This document shows, in pieces, positions 56,940-64,000 of a DNA stretch of 64,000 nt. A program made the translations under genes and the position numbers. Numbering within the stretch: position 1 is the first letter of the stretch; each line of letters starts with the position of its first letter. The stretch lies in assembly GCA_027492035.1 (NCBI GenBank), contig JAOZFT010000035.1, positions 32,001-96,000 of the forward strand. The letters run 5' to 3'. The DNA is from Thermoproteota archaeon. Its GTDB lineage: Archaea; Korarchaeota; JAOZGF01; JAOZFZ01. Under the pieces are notes generated by a model that made no database searches, was not told the origin of the DNA, and saw only the letters and a program-made list of their open reading frames with translations.

Positions 56940-57155
56940 CCTCAGCCTTGAATAAGTTTTTAAGCAATCAGGAATTTCTATTTTTTAAAAAACTTAATAC
57001 AATATCCCCCTAAAGAAAAAGGTAAAGGAAAGAGTTTTTTATTCATTTCTTCCTCTATAACTTCATGGAACAGGGGGAGATGAATTAATGAACTTTAGAA
57101 AAGTTCTTTCCTTCATTAATCCCTAAAAACCTTTTTCTTCCAGTTTCAATTTTAG

Positions 57156-57950
57156 GTGGTGTTCTTTTTGGTTGCAGAAACGGCTTGGCGGGAATGGGTA
57201 ATTACAGAAATTGACTTCACTAAGTTTTCCTGTGAAAAAAAGAAGGTTAGACTTGCAGTTGAGAAACCTTTAACTCTTTACATTAACGGTAAACATTACG
57301 CAACCTTTCTAGTTACTCCAAATTTTGTAAAGGAACTGGTAATTGGCCACTTATTCTCTACAGGCGTAATTTCTTCTCTGCAAGACATTTCCTCTTTTCA
57401 ACAAATTTCTTCAAAAGTAATGGTTGAACTGAAAAGAGGTAACCTGGCTGAAACCAAAAGAATTTACAAGTTGATATCTACTGCTTGTGGCGCAATAGGG
57501 AAGGAGTCACTAATAAACGAAATTAAACTCCGTAAAATAAAATGCGAAAACTCTATAACTGTAGGAACAATTGTTGAAGTATACAAAGATGCAAACAAAA
57601 GGGCTGAAACACATAAATTAACAGCAGGTACACATATAGCAGGTGCTTACACCCTTCAAGGCAAAAATGTTTTCTTTGTGGAAGACATAGGGAGACATAA
57701 CGCCATAGATAAATTAATAGGGTTGACCATTACAAGGAAAAGGGAAGAAACTCCAATAATTGTCACTTCAGGCAGACCAACCATAGACCTGGTTTCAAAA
57801 ATAGTAAGAACTAAAACTCCCTTCTTGATCTCTTTTTCTAGACCAACTCACAGAGCTTCAAAACTGGCTGAAGAAAAAAACTTAACCTTAATCACAATTA
57901 AAAAGAAAATTTATTTATTCAGCGGCAAAGAAAGGGTGGAAACAAACTAG
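57156..57950 (+). CDS. fdhD: Formate dehydrogenase accessory sulfurtransferase
   Basis: VEKPL, TACG, TAGTH, EDIGRHNAIDK, TSGR. Confidence 0.88.
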   Translation: MVFFLVAETAWREWVITEIDFTKFSCEKKKVRLAVEKPLTLYINGKHYATFLVTPNFVKELVIGHLFSTGVISSLQDISSFQQISSKVMVELKRGNLAETKRIYKLISTACGAIGKESLINEIKLRKIKCENSITVGTIVEVYKDANKRAETHKLTAGTHIAGAYTLQGKNVFFVEDIGRHNAIDKLIGLTITRKREETPIIVTSGRPTIDLVSKIVRTKTPFLISFSRPTHRASKLAEEKNLTLITIKKKIYLFSGKERVETN

Positions 57951-58192
57951 AAATCTTTATAAAACCGTCACTTTAATCCATAAACTTTATCCATTATTTA
58001 TTGGGAAAATTTTGGAGAAAGAGGAGCTGGATCTTTCTAAATCATTTCAAATGTTCCTTTAAAGTTTCTACCCTCTTCTGTTGTTTGAAACAACTTTCTC
58101 TCTTAAAAAAGGAAATAATTTTATAAAAAATAAAGGGACATTTCTCTCTTTACTTCCTTTACAAAACAACACTTCTGTAGAGGTGTCTCTTT

Positions 58193-59203
58193 TTGAAATT
58201 TTATAAAAACATGCTTGAACTTGTTGGTAATACTCCTATCATTAAGCTTCAAAAGATAACTAAAAAAGTAGACGCTAATATTTATGTTAAATGTGAATAT
58301 TTCAACCCTAGTGGAAGCATAAAGGACAGGATAGCACTTAAAATGGTTGAAGAAGCTGAAAAAGAAGGTGAATTGAAAAAGGGAGGCGTAATTGTTGAAG
58401 TAACAAGCGGAAACACAGGGCCAGCACTGGCTTTTGTAGGGGCCGTTAAAGGATATAAAGTCCATATTTTCATCCCTTCACAATGGACAGGAACCTACAA
58501 CCCGGAAGACAGAGTAAAAACGATGAAAATATATGGTGCAAAAGTAACCCCTTTCCTAACTGAAAAATATGAAGAAATCTTCCAAGGCTTATCTGAAAAC
58601 GAAGCAGCAGCAGCAACAATAGCTGTAGGATTGAAGGAATGCTATGAATTCGAAAAAAGAAATAATTTGGTGTGGTGGCCGAATCAACTCTGTAACAGAA
58701 ACAATGTTTTAGCTCATAAAGAATCAACAGGTAAAGAAATAATTGAACAACTTAACGGAGAAATTGATGCTTGGGTTGCTTCTGTAGGCACAGGCGGAAC
58801 CTTACTTGGGGTGGCTGAGGCATTAAAGGAAGAAATAGGAAACGTAAAAACAGTGGCTGTTGAACCTGAAGATGCAAGAGTTACAGAATGGGCTGAGAAA
58901 AAATTAATGAGTAAATTCATGAAACAACTTAATCTTCCACAAAGGAAATCAATAATGGAAATAGCTTTAGAAAAGGGGGTACCTGACAAGGTAATAAGAG
59001 TCAGTCATGAAGAAGCAAGAAAAATGGCTAACAAACTATGTAAAGAAGAAGGATTATTCTGTGGCATATCTTCCGGAGCAAATGTTTATGCAGCCTTGAA
59101 AGCAGCTAAGGAAATAGGTGAAGGAGCAAATATTGTAACTGTTCTAGTGGACAGCAGAGACAGGTACTTTCCTGAGTACCCAAACGAACAGTACACCATC
59201 TAA
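58193..59203 (+). CDS. PLP-dependent cysteine synthase / cystathionine beta-synthase family
   Basis: GNTP, NPSGSIKDR, TSGNTG, GTGGT, GISSGAN, DSRDRY. Confidence 0.88.
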   Translation: MKFYKNMLELVGNTPIIKLQKITKKVDANIYVKCEYFNPSGSIKDRIALKMVEEAEKEGELKKGGVIVEVTSGNTGPALAFVGAVKGYKVHIFIPSQWTGTYNPEDRVKTMKIYGAKVTPFLTEKYEEIFQGLSENEAAAATIAVGLKECYEFEKRNNLVWWPNQLCNRNNVLAHKESTGKEIIEQLNGEIDAWVASVGTGGTLLGVAEALKEEIGNVKTVAVEPEDARVTEWAEKKLMSKFMKQLNLPQRKSIMEIALEKGVPDKVIRVSHEEARKMANKLCKEEGLFCGISSGANVYAALKAAKEIGEGANIVTVLVDSRDRYFPEYPNEQYTI

Positions 59204-59535
59204 AACCTTATCCTTACAAAGTAATGCTCCAGATTTCTTTTCAGCAATTACTTCCTAAAAGAAATAAATCTAACCCTCTCCATTACTGAACTTGAAGGAT
59301 AGAAGTCAATTCAAGCTACGACTGAAAATCTTTACTATGCGCATTTTTAAAAAATAAAGCTGTCTTTCAGAAACTTAACAGGTTCCCATACTCAATATAC
59401 TTAATGAATAATTGACAGGTAATAGAGTCTGAAACAAAGAAAAGCAAAATTAAAAAATTTATCCCCCTTAATCTTTACGTAGAAAAAGTGAAAAATTCCT
59501 TTCTTTAAAGATTTATTAAAGGTTAAGGAAAAAGG

Positions 59536-60936
59536 TTGAAAACGGAGAAAGTAGAAATGAGTTTAGACCAAGAAATTATTTCTTCCTTTAAAAAACTTGG
59601 TTTAACAGAGTATGAAGCCAAGACTTACTTAACTTTAGTTAAGAAAGCAGAAGCTTCTCCTTTAGAGATAACATTAGCTTCTAAAGTTCCTCAACCTAAA
59701 GTTTATACTTCCCTCAACTCTTTAGCAGCAAAAGGGTTAGTTGAAGTGGTTAGTGAGAGACCTAGAAAATGTAAAGCTGTAAACATAAGAGAAGCTGTCA
59801 GGAGGCTTTTTGAAAAAAAAATAACTGAACTAGGTGAAAACGCCAAAAAAATAATTGAGAAAACAATTAAGGAGGAGTTAGAGGGAAAAATTCAGCCTCA
59901 TGAAATATATAACTTAATAGGGGAGGCTGAAACAAAAAAGAAATTGATAGATATGCTATCCCTTGCAGAAAAAGAAGTTTTATTAGCAACTAAAAACTTA
60001 GAAATTCTTAGGTTTAAGAAAATAAAGGATGTGCTTTCCAAGTTAGCAATGAAAGGGGTGGAATTTAAGGTTTTGGTTGAGTTCGACTCTTTAGATACAG
60101 AAACCCTTCTTTTTCTAAAAAATTTTGGGACAAGAGTGGTTGATGTGTTGGAGGAACAGTCCCTTGTCACAGTTGATGGAAAGATAGCAATTACTACTTC
60201 GGTAATCGAAACTGGAATAGGGCCTTCGGTTTGGTTCTCAACCTTTACAACCTGTACTGAATGCGTAAAGGCTTATGTGCAGAAACTCAACTCTGCATGG
60301 CTTAAAGGTTCTAAACTTCCTCAAGAAACAAGGAATAAAGGAGTAAAAATAGCAGCTATAGTGCTTGCAGCAGGGAAACCAAGTTCAGAAAACAAAAACG
60401 TACTTCTTTATCCTTGGAGGAACAAACCAGTAATTTGTCACGTAATAGAAGCATTAATGTTTTCTGATGTCGACGAAATAGTGGTAGTAACAGGTTATCA
60501 ATCCAAAAAAATACAGAAGGTAATAAATGAAAGATTTAGCAATGTTTCATTTGTTCATAATAAAAACTACGGTGAAGGGATGCTTTCCTCTTTTAAGAAG
60601 GGACTTGAAAAAGTTAAAGAGTCAGATGCTGTTCTTCTAATGCTTGGAGACCAACCCTTCATTGAACCATCAATAATAAACGAAATGATAAAGGAATTTA
60701 AACGAAATAAAGAAAAGAAAAAAGTCATAAACCCAGTGTTCAAAGGAAAAAGAGGACATCCTGTGCTTATCTCTTCCCATTTATATAAAGAAATACTGGG
60801 CACAAACAATAAGAAAACTGTAAGGGAAGTTTTAAACCAATACAAGGAGTCCACAGTACTAATTGAAGGGAAAGATTGGGTTTTAATGGATGTAAACACA
60901 ATTAAAGACTTAGAAAAAGCCGAAAAAATAATTTAA
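59536..60936 (+). CDS. TrmB-family regulator fused to a MocA/MobA-like nucleotidyltransferase domain (start may be ATG 59557)
   Basis: LGLTEYEAKTY..VPQPKVYTSLNSL..KGLV; effector domain with VDGK; then IVLAAG, GMLSS, LGDQP, GHPV, DVNT..DL. Confidence 0.85.
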   Translation: MKTEKVEMSLDQEIISSFKKLGLTEYEAKTYLTLVKKAEASPLEITLASKVPQPKVYTSLNSLAAKGLVEVVSERPRKCKAVNIREAVRRLFEKKITELGENAKKIIEKTIKEELEGKIQPHEIYNLIGEAETKKKLIDMLSLAEKEVLLATKNLEILRFKKIKDVLSKLAMKGVEFKVLVEFDSLDTETLLFLKNFGTRVVDVLEEQSLVTVDGKIAITTSVIETGIGPSVWFSTFTTCTECVKAYVQKLNSAWLKGSKLPQETRNKGVKIAAIVLAAGKPSSENKNVLLYPWRNKPVICHVIEALMFSDVDEIVVVTGYQSKKIQKVINERFSNVSFVHNKNYGEGMLSSFKKGLEKVKESDAVLLMLGDQPFIEPSIINEMIKEFKRNKEKKKVINPVFKGKRGHPVLISSHLYKEILGTNNKKTVREVLNQYKESTVLIEGKDWVLMDVNTIKDLEKAEKII

Positions 60937-60939
60937 CCA

Positions 60940-61860
60940 TTAAAAAGCCTTCAATATAAATCCTTCATCGGTGATTTCGCACCTAATTCTTTCCTTGTTT
61001 TCCAGATAACTCACCATAGCTTTAACAGGTACTATTGTCAAATAAAACTGTAAAATACTCTTCTTCACCCCGTAACAGTTTAAAAGGTAAACAGTTAAGG
61101 AATCAACTCTGTTTACTCCTTTCTTAACTGCTGAAACAATTAATCTCTCCACTTCAAACACTCTAGAAACATTTAATTTAACCAAATTTTCTGCTTCATT
61201 TGCTTTAAGGGGGTAGCCGTGACTGGGAACCACGATCTTAACTTTTTCGCCATTTAAATAATCCAAAATCTTTTTTAAACTGTTTAAATATTCTTCAGTG
61301 TTACTGTGGAAAGGTACACCATACTTAGAAAGAATGCTTTTTGAAAAGAAAGAGTCAGCAGCTAGAAAAACCTTTTTCGGAGTTAAAATCCCCACCTGGC
61401 CCAAAGAATGACCGGGAATAGACACAACTTTCAATTTACTCCCTGAAAAATCCACATCTAATTCCTCAGCTTCATCAAGAAATAATTTGTTAGTAACCAA
61501 GGAAGGTTTAGCCAGTAATTCTCTTCCCTTTAACTCAACCAAAGGGTCAGCTAAACCATAAATGGCAAAGGGTTCAAAATATGGGTTCTCAATAAAGCAA
61601 GCCTCTTTGGCCTCAGAATAAATTGAAGCATTAAATTTCCCCTGAAGATAACTATTCCCACCGATGTGGTCGCTGTGGTGGTGAGTGTTAAAAATAGAAA
61701 CTTCAGAAAGGCCTAAATGATTTAGAACCTTAAATATCTTCCGTCCTCTCTCCTTGCCGCTGCCAGTATCTACAATAAGAGCTTTGGTCCCAGTTAAAGG
61801 AAAAACAAAGACATTAATAGCTCCTGGAAGCATTAAAACGTCTCTAATTTTTATGTACAA
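60940..61860 (-). CDS. Metallo-beta-lactamase-fold hydrolase
   Basis: VDTG, THHHSDHIGG, PGHS, AD, PSHG. Confidence 0.88.
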   Translation of the reverse strand: MYIKIRDVLMLPGAINVFVFPLTGTKALIVDTGSGKERGRKIFKVLNHLGLSEVSIFNTHHHSDHIGGNSYLQGKFNASIYSEAKEACFIENPYFEPFAIYGLADPLVELKGRELLAKPSLVTNKLFLDEAEELDVDFSGSKLKVVSIPGHSLGQVGILTPKKVFLAADSFFSKSILSKYGVPFHSNTEEYLNSLKKILDYLNGEKVKIVVPSHGYPLKANEAENLVKLNVSRVFEVERLIVSAVKKGVNRVDSLTVYLLNCYGVKKSILQFYLTIVPVKAMVSYLENKERIRCEITDEGFILKAF

Positions 61861-62000
61861 AATAACCCACCATTAAACTTGTGAAAACAATTCTTTTAAC
61901 ACAGGCCAAAAATAAAAATATTTTTTAAAGGAAGTTCTGTAAAAGAGTTATGAATCAGTTTAAAAAGATTTAGAAAGAAAGGAAGGGTAAGGAGGAATCA

Positions 62001-62471
62001 ATGAAGAAAATTTATACCATTGGACACAGTAATAGAAGCCAAGAAGAATTCGTTCTCCTCTTGAAAACGTATAAAATAAAAAAAGTTGTAGATGTTAGAA
62101 GATTCCCAACAAGCAAAATTCAGTACTTTAATAAAGAAAATCTGCAAAAAATTCTTAAACGGGAAGGGATAAAGTATACTTACTTAGGTAACCAGCTAGG
62201 GGGATATAGGAAAGAAGGGTACAGAGACTACATGGAAACTTCCATGTTCAAGGAAGGACTAAAAAAACTTGAAGAAACAGCTGAGAAAAGTGAAACAGCC
62301 ATAATGTGCACTGAAAAGCTTCCATGGAAGTGCCACCGAAAACACATAAGCATGATGCTGCAGAAAAAGGGATGGGTAGTAACTCATATTATAGACAGGC
62401 AAAAAACATGGACACCTAAAAAGCCTGAAAATAAAAACTTAAATGATGAAACTCTAACAAACTTTCTTTAA
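62001..62471 (+). CDS. DUF488 family protein
   Basis: IYTIGHSNR, DVRRFPTS, LGGYR, MCTE..CHR. Confidence 0.88.
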   Translation: MKKIYTIGHSNRSQEEFVLLLKTYKIKKVVDVRRFPTSKIQYFNKENLQKILKREGIKYTYLGNQLGGYRKEGYRDYMETSMFKEGLKKLEETAEKSETAIMCTEKLPWKCHRKHISMMLQKKGWVVTHIIDRQKTWTPKKPENKNLNDETLTNFL

Positions 62472-62486
62472 ACCTCCTGGGCGCCT

Positions 62487-62936
62487 CTATTTCTCTTCAA
62501 GAATATACTTTTCGTTGTTTCGATGTTCTCTCATTATACATTTACCCATTATTACAGTTAGTCCAGCTGAAACTGCCTTTTCAGCTGCTTTATCATCTCT
62601 TATTCCAAGCTGCATCCATATAACATAAGGAGTCCCGTATTTCCTCCTCAACTTTATAGCTTGATTCACTATCGACATAACTTCTTCCGATGGCCTAAAA
62701 ATATTTATAACCTCCAATCTTTTTTTCTTATTTTCTGGTAGGTCCAATATACTTCCATAACATTTCTCGCCTAATACTTCATCAGCAAAAGGATTAATTG
62801 GTATTACTTCATATCCCTTTGATTTAAGGTAGGACGCAACTTGGAAACTGTCCTTTTCAGGGTTTCTAGATACACCTACAACTGCTATTGTCCTGTACTT
62901 TCTAAGCACATTCAAAATTGTTTCCCTTAAACTCAC
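62487..62936 (-). CDS. Stand-alone CoA-binding protein (YccU-like)
   Basis: IAVVGVS..KDS, IPINP, IFRPS, WMQLGI, C-terminal C..REH. Confidence 0.88.
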   Translation of the reverse strand: MSLRETILNVLRKYRTIAVVGVSRNPEKDSFQVASYLKSKGYEVIPINPFADEVLGEKCYGSILDLPENKKKRLEVINIFRPSEEVMSIVNQAIKLRRKYGTPYVIWMQLGIRDDKAAEKAVSAGLTVIMGKCIMREHRNNEKYILEEK

Positions 62937-63043
62937 ATTCCTCCCCTACTTAACTATAAAATTTAAGTTATGTATGTGAAAAGGAACACCTGAAAGGAAC
63001 CCTTTTTAAAATTTCCTTCATGAAGCATCTCCCTAACTTATTT

Positions 63044-63667
63044 TTACAATGTTTCTTGGACGAACGAGTTCTCTTTCGGCAAAATCTCTTTTTTATAAAG
63101 GGTTAAGCAAGAATTGCAGCAGAAGTATAGTTCTCTGTCATCAACAACCAATTTAAGAGGTTCTTCCTTTATTTCCTTCCCGCAATATGTACATGAAACT
63201 TTAACTCCGAATCCTGGCCTTAATTTCGGCCCGTAATCCTCTTTAAGTGTTTTAACAACCACAAATGTGTTAACAGTCTCAATTCCTTCTATTTTACTCA
63301 ATTTATTCCTCAAAAACTCTTGGTAACCGGAGAAACTAGGTGTTGAAACTTTGAGGATTAAATCGAAAGATCCACTAGTCATATATAAACCGGTAACGTC
63401 CTCTATTCTGAGAATATCCTTAATAGCTTTGTTCATTAATGACACCTTTGTTTTTAACCCTATAAAGAAAGTTAATCCACCAATAAGTTTTTCAGGGTCT
63501 ATTTCTACCGTGAAACCTTTAATTACACCGAGAGATCTCAATTTTCTAACCCTATTCTTTACAGTAGGTAAGCTGACACCTGTCTTTTCAGCGATTTTTG
63601 AGAAACTCATCCTGGCATCTTTCTGTAAGAGAATCATTATCTCTATATCTAAATTATCAAGTATCAA
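63044..63667 (-). CDS. Lrp/AsnC regulator with a C-terminal TRASH metal-binding domain (CopR/CopT-like)
   Basis: LDNLDIEI..LQKDAR HTH, SGSFDL RAM domain, CTYCGKEI..YFCCNSC. Confidence 0.88.
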   Translation of the reverse strand: MILDNLDIEIMILLQKDARMSFSKIAEKTGVSLPTVKNRVRKLRSLGVIKGFTVEIDPEKLIGGLTFFIGLKTKVSLMNKAIKDILRIEDVTGLYMTSGSFDLILKVSTPSFSGYQEFLRNKLSKIEGIETVNTFVVVKTLKEDYGPKLRPGFGVKVSCTYCGKEIKEEPLKLVVDDRELYFCCNSCLTLYKKEILPKENSFVQETL

Positions 63668-63916
63668 AACGGCTTCAACTCCTCATGAGGGAAAAGCTGG
63701 AAAAGACAAAATAAGTTCCTTATATATCTCTCTTTCGTTATTGAAAAAAAGTTCCCCTTTTTTTTCAAAAAAATAAATTTTTCTACTTCGGAAAATTATA
63801 TAAAAAAGGTTTTTTTCTCCTTTATTCTTCAGAAACTGAAAAGGAAGATTTTTAATCAGTAAAACACCTGTAGTAACTGGCGTAAAAGTAAACAAGGAAT
63901 ACTTAGAGGTAAAAAG

Positions 63917-64000
63917 ATGACAGAAAATCGTAAGAAAAATTTTGAACTCAAAATATCTGACATGTTTTCTGAAGCTCATGCTTTAGAAATTAAGAATACC
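63917..64000 (+). CDS. 5' end of a gene cut by the window edge; HMA-like N-terminus (CopA/CopZ?)
   Basis: GAGGT SD, then ATG; MTENRKKNFELKISDMFSEAHALEIKNT aligns to xLKIxGMxCxxCAxxIE; divergent from the TRASH regulator. Confidence 0.45.
   Translation, partial: MTENRKKNFELKISDMFSEAHALEIKNT

Noticed and set aside
1148-63979. Many short ORFs antisense to or nested in long genes (e.g. 1491-1757, 13092-13541, 43563-44021, 56389-56784, 63351-63776, 63683-63979)
   Set aside because: Shadow frames of well-supported genes or AT-rich spacer ORFs with no motifs
1-64000. tRNA/rRNA genes
   Set aside because: No GC-rich structured segment with T-loop/anticodon arms or rRNA signatures seen by eye; tRNAscan-SE would confirm

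Overview
AT-rich, gene-dense archaeal chromosome segment with GGTG/GAGG Shine-Dalgarno sites and many TTG/GTG starts. Gene content suggests an anaerobic TACK- or Asgard-type lineage (CFI-box-CTERM surface protein, CdvA-like coil, MglA/Roadblock, arrestin domain); the lineage is inferred, not proven. Recognisable blocks: a surface-protein/MinD/SpoIIM-like module, a PAS histidine kinase, sufS-trxB, bacterial-type aspS, purA, a six-gene glycerol-derivative operon (glpA-like, flavoprotein, DUF1667, GK5-like kinase, alkyl-DHAP-synthase-like, Fe-S protein), the H4MPT C1 module (mtd, mch, fwdD-B-A, ftr, fwdC, ATP-grasp ligase), an acd-fadD-ALDH operon, fdhD, a cysteine synthase homologue and several regulators. 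No rRNA, tRNA or CRISPR array was seen. The best candidates for undescribed systems are: (1) the kinase/dehydrogenase/AGPS-like operon, whose kinase has lost glycerol-binding residues (possible ether-lipid or alkylglycerol catabolism); (2) a Roadblock-MglA-Roadblock-arrestin cluster; (3) a three-gene zinc-ribbon operon with a CdvA-like coiled coil; (4) a TrmB regulator fused to a degenerate MocA domain. The ORF track misses a decayed tnpB (38.85-39.75 kb) that keeps its 3' RNA hairpin, a probable second tnpB scrap between fwdA and ftr, and an HMA-like gene start at the right edge. All family calls come from motif recognition by eye, with no database searches.
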